Counted from the first letter of the stretch, positions 21,091 to 31,964 are shown. The stretch is 64,000 nucleotides of DNA from Terriglobia bacterium (GCA_963664115.2 CAXWPJ010000002.1:960001-1024000); one strand, 5' to 3'. The notes: generated from the sequence alone by a model not told the origin. A program made the numbers and translations.

Positions 21091-22939
21091 ACCCTGAACA
21101 AGCGTGATTGACGAGGAAATGATAGTGCAATAAGAGCGGAAGTACCCGAAATGCCCCCTCTCCGTGCGAAAAAAACCTTGAACAGATTCTTCGGAAAAGG
21201 AGGCATTTCAGATGAACGATTATACGCGCAAGAACATGAGGAACCGCAAGCGGCGAATCGAACGTCGGCTTGGGGACCGGCATTGGACGGATCAGGTAGA
21301 GCCGATGTTTTCGGCGAGCAACATTCAGTACGAGATGGGAGAGCGGACGCGGGGCACATCGGTTGGTGGTATCGGGACGATGCAACTGGTGGCGCGGCGG
21401 ACCGGGCTGATCGAAGCCATCGACAAGGGCGTGCATGTGTTGAAGCGGCACCTGCCGTATCACGAGTCGGATCACGTGCTGAACATCGCCTACAACGCCT
21501 TGAGCGGAGGAACGTGCCTGGAAGACATCGAACTGCGGCGCAACGATGCGGTGTATCTGGATGCGCTGGGAGCGCAACGGATTCCGGATCCGACGACGGC
21601 GGGAGACTTCTGCCGGAGATTCGAGGCCGACGACGTGGAGTGTCTGATGGAGGCAACCAATCAAGTCCGGCTCGGAGTCTGGCGACAGCAACCGGCGGCG
21701 TTTTTCGAAGAAGCGGTGTTGGACGCGGACGGGACACTGGCCGAAACCACGGGGGAATGCAAGCAAGGGATGGACGTGGCCTACGACGGGACGTGGGGAT
21801 ATCACCCGCTGATGATCTCGCTGGCCAACACCGCCGAACCGCTGTATCTGGTCAATCGTAGCGGCAACCGGCCGTCGCATGAAGGAGCCGCGGTCCGGTT
21901 CGACCAAGCCATCGCATTGTGCCGGCATGCGGGGTTTCGCCAGATCCTGCTGCGCGGGGACACGGACTTCAGCCAGACCCGGCATCTGGACGGATGGGAC
22001 GACCAGCAGGTGGGTTTCATATTCGGGATTGACGCGATGGCGAACCTGAAGGCCCGGGCCGATGAACTGGAGCCGCGCCAGTGGAAGCGCCTGGAACGGC
22101 CCGCGAAATACGACGTGGCGACCGAACCGCGCCAACGTCCCGACAACGTGAAGGAAGAGATCGTTCGGCAGCGCGGTTTCGACAATATCCGCTTGCAGGG
22201 TGAGGATGTGGCCGAGTTTCGGTATCGACCCGGAGCCTGCGATCGGGACTACCGTGTCGTCGTGGTGCGGAAGAATCTGTCGGTGGCCAAAGGAGAGCAG
22301 GTGTTGTTTGACGACATCCGGTACTTCTTCTACATTACCAACCGTTCGGATCCGGCCGACCAGATTGTGATGCGTGCCAATCAACGGTGCAATCAGGAGA
22401 ATCTCATTGAGCAGTTGAAGAACGGCGTTCAGGCGTTGCGGATGCCGGTCGGAGATCAGACCAGCAACTGGGCCTACATGGTGATCGCGTCACTGGCCTG
22501 GACACTGAAAGCGTGGTTTGCATTGCTGCTTCCCGAAACCGGACGTTGGGGCCAAAAATATCAGGCTGAGAAGCAAACCGTGCTGCGCATGGAGTTCAAA
22601 ACCTTCTTGAACGCTTTCATGCTTGTGCCGTGCCAACTCGTGCGCACCGGGCGGCGCATTCTGTTCCGGATCCTGGCCTGGAACCGGTGGTTGCCGGTCT
22701 TGTTCCGCGGGGTGGATGTGTTGCGTCAGCCTCTGCGATGTTGACCCGATCATGACTCTGAGCCCGGGCGATCGAGGTCCCGGTTTCTGTCAACCGTCCA
22801 ACACCAGCGAGGCTGAACTGAAACAGATTCAACAGAAACTCGATACCTGGAACAGGCCATCCGGGAACGGGATTCTATGCCTCGAATTCTATCGGCGCGA
22901 ACTGGGCCTCGGCGGACTGGTTATGCGCTTGTTTTGGGG
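21091..22939 (+). mobile_element. IS1380-family element A, copy 2 (1849 bp)
   Basis: Imperfect TIR CCCTGAACAAGCG / CCCAAAACAAGCG; CTAG at 21087-21090 and 22940-22943. Confidence 0.95.
21212..22744 (+). CDS. IS1380-family DDE transposase
   Basis: PDPTT, LDADGT, GYHPL, LRGDTDF, R..QEN.I.QLK. Confidence 0.93.
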   Translation: MNDYTRKNMRNRKRRIERRLGDRHWTDQVEPMFSASNIQYEMGERTRGTSVGGIGTMQLVARRTGLIEAIDKGVHVLKRHLPYHESDHVLNIAYNALSGGTCLEDIELRRNDAVYLDALGAQRIPDPTTAGDFCRRFEADDVECLMEATNQVRLGVWRQQPAAFFEEAVLDADGTLAETTGECKQGMDVAYDGTWGYHPLMISLANTAEPLYLVNRSGNRPSHEGAAVRFDQAIALCRHAGFRQILLRGDTDFSQTRHLDGWDDQQVGFIFGIDAMANLKARADELEPRQWKRLERPAKYDVATEPRQRPDNVKEEIVRQRGFDNIRLQGEDVAEFRYRPGACDRDYRVVVVRKNLSVAKGEQVLFDDIRYFFYITNRSDPADQIVMRANQRCNQENLIEQLKNGVQALRMPVGDQTSNWAYMVIASLAWTLKAWFALLLPETGRWGQKYQAEKQTVLRMEFKTFLNAFMLVPCQLVRTGRRILFRILAWNRWLPVLFRGVDVLRQPLRC

Positions 22940-23356
22940 CTAGTCTCAGTGGACCGCGATGGCATTGTGGAACCGATCGAAACCGGCCAGCGAGAAATCT
23001 ACATCCAGCCGTATCCAGGACCGGGTGGTCAGGAGACAGTATCCGTGGGCGGCGGCCGAGAGCCAGTCTGGGCTACAAACGGCGAGTTGTTCTATCGGAA
23101 CCTCGCTGGCGATCGTGTGATGGCAGTGTCGGTCACGACCGAACCGACGTTGACGATGGGCACGTCAAGGGAGGTCTTACAGGGAAACTACGTCTTTGAT
23201 TCAATTCATCCGCAGTACGACGTGACGGCCGACGGCCAGCGGTTTCTCATGCTCCAGGACGCTGCGACTGAAAACAGCGGCGAGGCAGGACCTCCACCCA
23301 TCAACACCGTCCTGAACTGGTTTGAAGAACTGAAAGAACGGGTGCCGGTGCCCTGA
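22940..23356 (+). pseudogene. Remnant of a PD40 beta-propeller gene of the kinase-propeller type
   Basis: LVSVDRDG, ETGQREIYIQPYPGPG, YDVTADGQRFL, terminal VLNWFEELKERVP; IS-interrupted and apparently internally deleted. Confidence 0.7.
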
Positions 23357-23364
23357 TTTTCGAG

Positions 23365-23404
23365 TTCAAGTCCTGATAAATCATCTTGTCGGACATTGAG
23401 AATT
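23365..23404. repeat. Bulged palindrome, copy 1
   Basis: TTCAA GTCC T GATAA atcatc TTGTC GGAC A TTGAG AATT. Confidence 0.7.
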
Positions 23405-23875
23405 TGTTGATTCCAACCATTGCTTCCAACCCACTCGTTCTAAAAGCTAGGACTGGTGCCAGAAGCCGACTTCAGGGACATTGGCAGCACTTCTACCAAG
23501 AGTCTGCGACTCAGGAGTTGGAAGAACATGGATATACGCTTCGGCGTTACTCGCGAGTGATCGTCCAGCAGGTCTCTTTTTTGGTAACCTTTCATCGTCG
23601 TCCGCCCTTGCCAGATTCTGGATTCGGTTTCACGCCAGGCGCGTCCCCATAAGGGCAGGGTCACGTTAAGCTGTTTGGTGGCGTTCTCGCCGCCGCCCCT
23701 CATCTCTAAGTCATTGATTCTTCTTCTGAGATCATGCAGAATCAGTCCTCATATATGTACGGACTTTTCCTAACGTGACAGGATCATCGAATGCCATCTA
23801 TAACGCCTGTGAGGTCCGGATCCGCGAGCACACGATCACCCTGGACAAGATAATTACAGGGTTGAAAGCACTCGT

Positions 23876-26368
23876 GTGAAGCGGCAATCGGAGACGACAG
23901 TCGTTGCCGGCATACTCGACGCCTTTACGATGACCCGAACCCCGCCTCCCTCAAGCGGACCGGTCATGTTCAGTAGCGGGAGTTGCGTCCGAAGAGCGGC
24001 ATCCACCCCGGCCACGGTCAATCTCTCAAGGCCGCCAACGACTTCCAGGGTGGTCTTGAAAACTCTGACATGCGTCGTGGCTCTCGTCCTCACCCTGGGG
24101 GGCATTCGGTTTCCCCTCGCCCAGGGGCAGGGAACCTCGGCTCAGGTTTCGGGGCAGACCCCGAGTCCCATCCTGCGACGGATCGCCCCACCCCCCGTGC
24201 AGCAGGTGCCGGAGGGCAGCGCTTCGACCTCGCCCGGTGACCGCCGCTCGATGGCGGCTGTCCGGATGGCCACCGACGAATCGATCACGCTGGATGGACG
24301 TCTGGATGAAGACGTCTGGCTGCGCGCCGTACCGGCGACCAACTTCATTCAGCGCGATCCGGACAACGGCGAACCCGCCACCGAGCAGACAGAAGTGCGT
24401 TTCGTCTACGACGCCGACAAGCTCTACATGGGGGTCACGCTGTTCGATTCGGAGCCGGACAAGCTGATTTACTACCAGATGAGACGGGACGGGAACCTTC
24501 CGGCCGACGACAAGCTGCAATGGGCGATCGACACCTTCAATGATGGCCAGAGCGCCTATTGGTGGGAGATGAACCCGCTGGGTTCGATGGCCGACGCGCT
24601 GCGGGGCGCGAACAATACGAACAACCGGCGGTGGGATGGGATCTGGGACGCCCGCTCGACCCGTAGCGATATTGGATGGACCCTCGAAATCGAAGTCCCG
24701 TTTCGTACGATGAATTTCAACCCCAACAGCGAAGGGTGGGGTGTCAATTTTCAACGGGTGATCGCCCGTAAGAACGAAGTGAGCCTCTGGATGGGCTGGC
24801 TGCGCAACCAGGGCTTGAACAGGATGAGTAATGCCGGTCTGCTCACCGGCATCCAGGATGTGACCCAGGGTCGTGGCCTCGACATTAAGCCGTACCTGGT
24901 GGGCACCTCCGAGTCCTTTCCGGGTCGCGGTGACCGAGCCACCGCGAATGACGTGCAGGCCGGTGTCGATCTCTTCTACAACATCACGCCGAGCCTGCGA
25001 GCTAATCTCACAGTGAACACCGACTTTGCTCAGGCCGAGGTCGACGCGCGCCAACTCAACCTCACCCGTTTCTCGCTGCTGTTTCCGGAACAGCGTGATT
25101 TCTTCCTCGACGGCGCGCTGTTCTTCGATTTCGCGGCCGGAGATAGCCAGTCTCTGATTCCTTTTCAAAGCCGCCGGATAGGTCTCGACGAAGAGAACAG
25201 GCCGCAGCGGATCAACTTCGGCGGCAAACTGACCGGGCAGTCCGGGGCTTTCGATATCGGCGTCCTGCAGGTCCAGACCGGTGACGAAACCAAAGACGAA
25301 GAAGGCGGTTCCCTTGGAGAGGACTTCACCGTCGTGCGCATCAAGCGGCGGATGTTCCGCGAATCCTACCTGGGCGGGTTGTATACGATGCGTCACACTC
25401 GTGGCGGCGACATTGGCGACCGCCAGACGATCGGCCTCGACCTGCGGCTGGCGACATCCACCTTCCGTGGCTCCGACAACCTGAGCGCGACCGGCTATTT
25501 CCTGCACACGACAAACCCCCTCAACACCGTCGGCAAGAGCTCAGCCTTTGGCGGGGTACTCGCATATCCGAACGATCCGCTGAACCTGCAGATCGAGTAC
25601 AGGGAGATCCAGGAGAACTACGATGCAGCGATCGGATTCAATCGTCGAACCGCTTTCCGAAACATCAAACCGCAGATAAACCTCGCGCCGCGGCCGAGTC
25701 AGCATCCATGGATCCGACGGTTCAATTTCGGGACATCAATGGATGTGTTCCTCGACCCGGTCGACAACCGCTTGTTGACCCGGGAAGTCGACATCAAGGC
25801 GCTGGAGATCGAGACACACAGGCAGGACAGGATCGAGTTTCACGTCCTCCCGACCTATGAACTGCTAGATCGAGATTTCAACATAACGCCTGACGTAACG
25901 CTTCCTGCCGGCCAGGAGTACAGCTTCACCCGCTACCGCATTCAGGGACGGACGAGCAGCCGCCGCCCCGTCTCCGTGTCACCGCTGGTTGAGTGGGGCA
26001 AATTCTTCTCAGGTGACCGGTTGCGACTCAACACGACGGTCAACTACCGCGCTGCGCCCGGACAGATGTTCTCCTTCACGAGTGAGTGGAATCGCGTATC
26101 GCTGGCCCAGGGGCAGCACTACACCAAGTTGTACCGCGCGCTTGCCGAAACGCAATTCAACCCCAGGATCTCGCTCGTCAACAACGTACAGTACGACACG
26201 CAGAGCGGGGTCATCGGATGGCAGTCGCGCTTTCGGTGGATTGTGCGACCTGGCAGCGATTTCTATTTCGTCTACATCCACAACTGGCTGGACGATCCGA
26301 TGACGGGTCAGACCTACACACTGGACCGCCGACTGTCTACAAAGGTTCTTTACACCCACAGGTTCTGA
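23876..26368 (+). CDS. CBM9-like plus DUF5916-type outer-membrane beta-barrel protein (true start probably downstream)
   Basis: ITLDGRLDEDVW, WDGIW, NTDFAQAEVD, FPEQRDFFL, SRRIG, terminal Phe. Confidence 0.8.
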   Translation: MKRQSETTVVAGILDAFTMTRTPPPSSGPVMFSSGSCVRRAASTPATVNLSRPPTTSRVVLKTLTCVVALVLTLGGIRFPLAQGQGTSAQVSGQTPSPILRRIAPPPVQQVPEGSASTSPGDRRSMAAVRMATDESITLDGRLDEDVWLRAVPATNFIQRDPDNGEPATEQTEVRFVYDADKLYMGVTLFDSEPDKLIYYQMRRDGNLPADDKLQWAIDTFNDGQSAYWWEMNPLGSMADALRGANNTNNRRWDGIWDARSTRSDIGWTLEIEVPFRTMNFNPNSEGWGVNFQRVIARKNEVSLWMGWLRNQGLNRMSNAGLLTGIQDVTQGRGLDIKPYLVGTSESFPGRGDRATANDVQAGVDLFYNITPSLRANLTVNTDFAQAEVDARQLNLTRFSLLFPEQRDFFLDGALFFDFAAGDSQSLIPFQSRRIGLDEENRPQRINFGGKLTGQSGAFDIGVLQVQTGDETKDEEGGSLGEDFTVVRIKRRMFRESYLGGLYTMRHTRGGDIGDRQTIGLDLRLATSTFRGSDNLSATGYFLHTTNPLNTVGKSSAFGGVLAYPNDPLNLQIEYREIQENYDAAIGFNRRTAFRNIKPQINLAPRPSQHPWIRRFNFGTSMDVFLDPVDNRLLTREVDIKALEIETHRQDRIEFHVLPTYELLDRDFNITPDVTLPAGQEYSFTRYRIQGRTSSRRPVSVSPLVEWGKFFSGDRLRLNTTVNYRAAPGQMFSFTSEWNRVSLAQGQHYTKLYRALAETQFNPRISLVNNVQYDTQSGVIGWQSRFRWIVRPGSDFYFVYIHNWLDDPMTGQTYTLDRRLSTKVLYTHRF

Positions 26369-26647
26369 GGCCCTCGCCCGCGGTCACTGATCAATCCCGC
26401 ATCCCTAGGGTCAGGCCAGACCAGTTCGGTATCACAGGCCCACCGGGCGGGTGTCGAATGACGAATCAGCCACGAAAATTATTGATATTTAGATCCATTT
26501 CATCCTTCGAGTCATTGCTGGAATTAAGCGATCCGCGACTCAACTGCCCGCGGGTTCACCTGGCTACCACTCTGGTTCGCGGATCAGTAAAACAAGCGGG
26601 GTTTGGGGCAACGGGTGGCAAGACGCAGGGCGGGAATGTCGTAATTG

Positions 26648-26681
26648 GGGTGTTATGTCAACCCGCGCGCGGCCGCAGGCC
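26648..26681. repeat. 34-bp direct repeat, copy 1
   Basis: GGGTGTTATGTCAACCCGCGCGCGGccGCAGGCC; 32/34 identical to 29521-29554. Confidence 0.85.
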
Positions 26682-26767
26682 AGCGCGCGAACTCAACGCT
26701 CCACGAAAAGTCGCATCTCGATCTTCTTCGAGACCGGCAGGTTATTGGTGGGTGCGCTTGGGTTCAA

Positions 26768-27154
26768 TCAATTGTTCAACAGCGGAATACTCTCAGCTGG
26801 AACCGGCCGAGGCAGCGACTGTAGAAAAGCGTATATGTCGGCCAGTTCCTGATCTGTCACAACCCGGCTGGTGTAGAGCGGCATCACGCCAGCGGGCTGG
26901 CGGACATATGCGGAGAACCCCGAAAACGTATAAGGAGACGGACCGATTCTCCCGCCCGGGCCGCCGTGAGCGGCGTAGCCGTGGCATGAATAGCATCCAT
27001 AGCTGGCGAAAATCTCCTTGCCGTTTTCGGCGTCTCCGCGCGGTGCGGTGTCCGGAGCTTGCGCCGCACTCATTCCACCCAATACGGAAATCATCACTGT
27101 TGCCAGGATCAGAAAGATCGTGAAGCGCATGGCAGCGAATTCTCCTTTCTTCAT
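26768..27154 (-). CDS. Monoheme cytochrome c
   Basis: Signal peptide, CYSCH heme motif, distal Met in GVMP. Confidence 0.9.
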   Translation of the reverse strand: MKKGEFAAMRFTIFLILATVMISVLGGMSAAQAPDTAPRGDAENGKEIFASYGCYSCHGYAAHGGPGGRIGPSPYTFSGFSAYVRQPAGVMPLYTSRVVTDQELADIYAFLQSLPRPVPAESIPLLNN

Positions 27155-27157
27155 TTT

Positions 27158-29092
27158 CTACCGGGGTTGAGACACGACGTCCACCAGTGCAGTCTCACCA
27201 TTTTCGACGCGCTCCACTGCACGCCGCAAGGCCGGTCCAACTTCGCTTGGGTCGCTGATCGGTCCCTCCCCATAGAGTCCCATGCCTCGCGCCACCGTCG
27301 CGTAGTCGATGTCCGGATCGGAAATGTCGTTGCCGATCCCGGCCGTGTTAATGGCCCGCTGGCGCCAATTGGCCATGCGCTGCAGATGCATGACCTCCTG
27401 ATGATATGCCCGGTTGTTGTGCATCAGGAACAGCATCGGAATGCGGTGATGCACGGCGGTCCAGAGGGCTCCCGGCGCGCACATCAGGTCGCCGTCGGTC
27501 TGAAAGGCGACGCAAAAACGCCCGTATTTCCGGTGAGCGAGCGCGGCCCCAACGGCAATCGGCAGCCGTGCGCCTACGGCTGCAGCGCCGTTTGACCCGA
27601 CATTTTCTATCGTCTGGTGGTAATGCTCGAAATTCCACAAGGGGGGACTTCCGCCATTGACCAAAGCCCAGTCCTTGTTACGAACCACCTCCCATAACTC
27701 AGCCCACAATCGCGCAGTGCTGACTGGGCTGGCGTCCCAGCCGCTGGCCGCTTGGGTTCGCGCCCCGGCCAATGCCCTGTCCTTGGCCGCACTCAGTGTC
27801 TTTCCTCTCTCCTCAAATACCCGCCTCCGGTCACCGGTGATCAACCGTTTGCAGGCTTCAATCAACGATGGGAGAGTCGCCTCGGCGTCAGCAGCGATGG
27901 CAAGATCCACCTCCGCGTAGCGCTGGAAGTCCTGGTAGTTACTCTTAATGAACAGGTCATTTGAATCGATGCTGATCAGCTTGGTCCCAGGTTGCGTCCT
28001 TCGGCTGAAAGTCTTCTCCGGCAGATCACGCATATTGTGAACAGTGCCCCACAAATCTTCCACCTGCATGCCCAGGATCACGTCCGCCGCCCCGATTGCA
28101 CCACCTCCGCTCAGGGGATGGCGACTGGGCATATTGCGACTGTATCCCCGCACCGGCACCTGGAGCGTCTCTGCGAGTTCGACCATCAAATCCATTCCCT
28201 GCTGTGAGCGGGCCACATTTCCGCCGACGATCACGGGGTTTTCCGCCCCCACCAGCAACTGGGCCACCTCAGCCACTGCTCCCGGGTCACCGGCTGGCGG
28301 GCTTGTCCGTGTCAGCTTCGGAATATGTAAGCGGGATCGGTCCTCGATTGGAGCCTCCTGCAGGTGGCCATCCGCGACCAGTACTGTTGGCGCCGTCGGG
28401 ACCGTCATCCCAATCTTGTAAGCCCGTACCGCCGACTCGGCGAAATGTTGAAGCGAATGCGGCGTGTCATCCCACTTGATATAGTCGCGAACCATAGCTG
28501 TCGCATCCTGGACGCTGTGATTCCACTCCACGCCCGGTCGTCGGCCAGTGGCATCGAGGTGGTTTCCAAGAATGATGAACACAGGAGTGTGAGCGCAGAA
28601 GGCATGGTAGATGGTCATCGCCGCGTGCTGCAGACCGACCGTTCCGTGCGCTATGGCCAACATGGGCTTGCCTTCGACTCTGAAATACCCGTCGGCTATG
28701 GCAATCGAGGATTCCTCGTGGAGGCATGTCAACCACTCGGGAGCCTGGTTTCCCCCATAGTTGATGAATGACTCTTGCAGTCCACGGAAACTCGAGCCTG
28801 GCATCGAAGCGACATACTCAAAGCCCAGAGATTTGATGACATCCACCATGAAATCCGAACCGGGATCGTCGATCGTACGCAGAACATCGATTTGCTGAGA
28901 AACCGGTTCCGTTTCAGCCGCCAACTGTGCAGGTGATGGGGGTGGGGCCGCACCCCGCTGCAGCTGACCGGCCGGTTCAGCCTTTGCGTTCGGAGTCTCT
29001 ACAACCATGCCTGCTGCCCCAGCGGCAGCCCCAACGGCAGCGCCTTTCAGAAAGCCACGGCGATTAAGGGAGCCTTTTCTGGATTTCTCCAT
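27158..29092 (-). CDS. Thiamine-diphosphate-dependent enzyme with a twin-arginine signal
   Basis: NRRGFLK Tat motif, PGSSFRG, LHEESS (catalytic Glu), TDGDLM...HNN ThDP motif. Confidence 0.9.
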   Translation of the reverse strand: MEKSRKGSLNRRGFLKGAAVGAAAGAAGMVVETPNAKAEPAGQLQRGAAPPPSPAQLAAETEPVSQQIDVLRTIDDPGSDFMVDVIKSLGFEYVASMPGSSFRGLQESFINYGGNQAPEWLTCLHEESSIAIADGYFRVEGKPMLAIAHGTVGLQHAAMTIYHAFCAHTPVFIILGNHLDATGRRPGVEWNHSVQDATAMVRDYIKWDDTPHSLQHFAESAVRAYKIGMTVPTAPTVLVADGHLQEAPIEDRSRLHIPKLTRTSPPAGDPGAVAEVAQLLVGAENPVIVGGNVARSQQGMDLMVELAETLQVPVRGYSRNMPSRHPLSGGGAIGAADVILGMQVEDLWGTVHNMRDLPEKTFSRRTQPGTKLISIDSNDLFIKSNYQDFQRYAEVDLAIAADAEATLPSLIEACKRLITGDRRRVFEERGKTLSAAKDRALAGARTQAASGWDASPVSTARLWAELWEVVRNKDWALVNGGSPPLWNFEHYHQTIENVGSNGAAAVGARLPIAVGAALAHRKYGRFCVAFQTDGDLMCAPGALWTAVHHRIPMLFLMHNNRAYHQEVMHLQRMANWRQRAINTAGIGNDISDPDIDYATVARGMGLYGEGPISDPSEVGPALRRAVERVENGETALVDVVSQPR

Positions 29093-29520
29093 CGATCTTC
29101 TCCTTCCGAGTTTTGTCTCGCGCCTCGTATGTCTTAAGCGTCAGAGTCGCAGCCTGAGTCACAATCGCATCTTTAACAAACAAGAATGTGAGGCTGTCAA
29201 AAGCAAGATACACCCTAACCTTTAATAATGCTATTACTCTCCTACTATCCGGGTGAAGCCGCTTCACGCCCCGAAAATCGGCCGAATACAATCACGCAGG
29301 GTGTAGCCCGTCAGAGCATTTCGCACAGAATTCACTGAAAGACTAAGAAACACTTTTCTCATCGGGGGAAGACCATCCGATTGGCGTCGCTGACAAGGCT
29401 GACGCTACTCAAGATGAATTTCTTACTTCCTCCGTTCAGAAACAGAATGATTGAGTAGGAGCGGATAAGCGATATAAGCAGGGGCTGACGACTATGGCAG
29501 CGCTGACAGTGCAGTCTTAT

Positions 29521-29554
29521 GGGTGTTATGTCAACCCGCGCGCGGGGGCAGGCC
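29521..29554. repeat. 34-bp direct repeat, copy 2
   Basis: GGGTGTTATGTCAACCCGCGCGCGGggGCAGGCC. Confidence 0.85.
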
Positions 29555-29664
29555 GCCGGGGATTCCAGCAACGACACGTTCAGTGGGCCCGTCACATACA
29601 ACAGATGACGCTCGGATATTTCCGCTCGGACGCGAAGCGCACGCTCGATCCGCCCGTGTGCGGC

Positions 29665-30255
29665 TCACTGTCTGTCCGCGGAGCGCCCGATCGTACCGTA
29701 GTAGCTGCTGGCACCCACGATGTGGCCATCGATGGCGTTCAGCACGTCCTCCCGGGTCGCATTCGCTGGGAGCGTCAGCATCTGGTCGAGCGCATACAGC
29801 TTGAATTGATAGTGGAGGGCGCCTACGCCCGGCGGCGCGCACGGCGCCCGGTATCCCACAATCCCGCGGCCTTCGACCTGGCGGCTGCCATCCGGCAGCT
29901 CGGCGCCAAGCGGCACATTCTGCGGGAGTTCGGTCGTGCCGGCCGGGATGTTCCAGCGTACCCAGAAGAATGCTTGAGTCAGACTTCCGCCTTGGTGATT
30001 GTCGGGCGCGACCACCATGAACGTGAAGCTTGCCGTGTCCTCCGGCGCGAAGTTCCACTGCAGCGGGGGCGAGACGGCATTGCCGCCTTCGGCGTAACAG
30101 GTGTACGCCAATGGCAGCGGACCGGCATCGCGGAAGGCAGTGCTTGTGAGCTTCAGCCTGGGCGGCCGCGCCTCCTCCCGTTGCGCAAGGGCGGCGCTGA
30201 CCATTCCCGTCAGCAGGAGCACTGCACCAAGCAGGCCCCCGATCACGATACGCAT
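29665..30255 (-). CDS. YbhB/YbcL (PEBP) family secreted protein
   Basis: Signal peptide, LTSTAF, SPPLQW, WNIPA, Y..PCAP, HYQFKLYALD. Confidence 0.88.
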   Translation of the reverse strand: MRIVIGGLLGAVLLLTGMVSAALAQREEARPPRLKLTSTAFRDAGPLPLAYTCYAEGGNAVSPPLQWNFAPEDTASFTFMVVAPDNHQGGSLTQAFFWVRWNIPAGTTELPQNVPLGAELPDGSRQVEGRGIVGYRAPCAPPGVGALHYQFKLYALDQMLTLPANATREDVLNAIDGHIVGASSYYGTIGRSADRQ

Positions 30256-30488
30256 GTCGCCTTTGACTCCTTCAGATCGAACTGCAGACTGAGGACCCGG
30301 ATTCATCAACCGCCATCCCGGTGCCGACCGGGCACCGCACATGGCATTCGCGACGACACGTAGGCCGCGACCGCGTACGCCCAGGCAGGGATGTCCGTCC
30401 GGGCCCGAAGTACGCCACCGACCGTCACCGTCGTGCAACCCGCAGCCACCAAAGCAATGAATATGCGCATCGTTCGAATCTCGTGAGG

Positions 30489-31466
30489 CTACTTCGCGCG
30501 GGTGCTCAGTCCCTGCGCAAGGGTCTGTATCTTGAATACCGCTCCGGCACCGACTATGTAGAGGGTCCTCCTGTCCGGACCGGCAAACGCGACGTTCTGG
30601 GGCTTTCTCAGGTTGAAGCTCTCGCCTCCCCAGACGGCCGGAATGACGCCCAGATGTTCTCCCTGCGGGCTGAACACTTCGACACCCACGTTCGTCGCCA
30701 CGTAGAGGCGCCCCGCGCTGTCGACCGCCAGACCGTCCGCCCCGTTGTCCTCCGCCAGCAACCGGTCCTGGTGTCCCGGCACGGTGACGCTCTGGTACTT
30801 CGCGAACTGACGCCGATTTGCCAGCGTGCCGTCCGGCGCCACGTCGAACGCCAGCAGATACTCGCCGTCCTTGTCGTTGGCGTAGAGCGTCTTCTCGTCC
30901 GGGCTCAGCAGCACACCATTCGGACTGGCAATGCGTTGCTCGACCCTGGTCACCTGGCCGCCATCCGGGGGCAGGTAGTAGATCCCCTCCTGGTCCGTGA
31001 AGTAGACGTCGCCGCGCGCACCCACCACGAGGTCATTGAGACGACTGAACGGCTTCCCCTCGAAACTGTCCGCCAGTACGGTTTCGCTGCCCGGCGGATA
31101 CAGCACGCCGACCTTCTCGTTCCCCGGCGGGCGCTGCACGGAAATCAGGCGGCCCTGCGGGTCGAACCCCACCGCATTCGCCGCGTTGGAGGGCTCGACG
31201 AAGGTGGATACGTTGCCGTCCCCGTCGATCCTCGTAATGCGGTCGGCGTCGGAGAAGAGGAGGCTCCCGTCCGGCATGCCCACAGGACCTTCGGTCCGCC
31301 GAAATCCGGCCTGGACCACTTCGATCGGCGTGCCGCCAGCAACCACGCCGGCGATGGCCGGCGCGACGAGTTCGGTCGGCGGTGGAATCTGCGGCCGGCC
31401 CTGCGGGTGGGCAGCAAGGCCGGACAGCAGGACGAGCGACGGTATCAGTGTTAGCTTCATATCCAA
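30489..31466 (-). CDS. SMP-30/gluconolactonase family propeller
   Basis: TEGPV, LNDLVV, PNGVLLSPD, ADGLAVD; signal peptide. Confidence 0.9.
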   Translation of the reverse strand: MDMKLTLIPSLVLLSGLAAHPQGRPQIPPPTELVAPAIAGVVAGGTPIEVVQAGFRRTEGPVGMPDGSLLFSDADRITRIDGDGNVSTFVEPSNAANAVGFDPQGRLISVQRPPGNEKVGVLYPPGSETVLADSFEGKPFSRLNDLVVGARGDVYFTDQEGIYYLPPDGGQVTRVEQRIASPNGVLLSPDEKTLYANDKDGEYLLAFDVAPDGTLANRRQFAKYQSVTVPGHQDRLLAEDNGADGLAVDSAGRLYVATNVGVEVFSPQGEHLGVIPAVWGGESFNLRKPQNVAFAGPDRRTLYIVGAGAVFKIQTLAQGLSTRAK

Positions 31467-31472
31467 CTCACC

Positions 31473-31718
31473 TCAGCGGTTTCGATTCATTTCCTGGTCG
31501 AACAGCTTCTGGAATTGCTCGGGGTTCGCGTCTTTTCTCTCGATGAAGAAGTACGCGTGCGGATTTTCCCAGTCGACATCGGTCAGCGTGCCGGTGAACT
31601 CGCCGCAGTTCGATGCGTCGAACTCGGCTGCAAACGAGTGATACGCCGATGCCGGCGCGGCCGCTAACAGGCAGGCGGCCATGACGAGCACACTCAGCAG
31701 ATGCAGGGGATGTCGCAT
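31473..31718 (-). pseudogene. Truncated DUF6152-like gene fused to an unrelated tail
   Basis: Signal peptide, then YHSFAAEFD...WENPH (paralog of 38986-39429), then an abrupt switch to NPEQFQKLFDQEMNRNR. Confidence 0.65.
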
Positions 31719-31964
31719 TACGGTTGCCCCGAAGAGAATGACTTTTTGTACCCCACTTCTTAGGGGGTTGTCCATAGCTAATCTGCTGAAAGGGAAGAAC
31801 GAAATTCCCGAGTTCGTTTTCCTCGGGCCGGGCGTTCTGCTGAAGGATGGAAGCCGTACGGAGGGCAAGCCCGTCGACATGAACAATAGGCATTAAGGCT
31901 AAGGAATCGACACGTCGGATCCATGCTCTGAATTGTCATGAAATGTTGCAATCCTGTGCGGCGC

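Noticed and set aside
23405-23875. Short ORFs between the propeller remnant and the DUF5916-type gene
   Set aside because: No RBS or family motif recognised on either strand; probably decayed DNA
26648-29554. 34-bp repeats as attC sites or CRISPR repeats
   Set aside because: No complementary core at attC distance; only two copies 2.9 kb apart, with no spacers or cas genes
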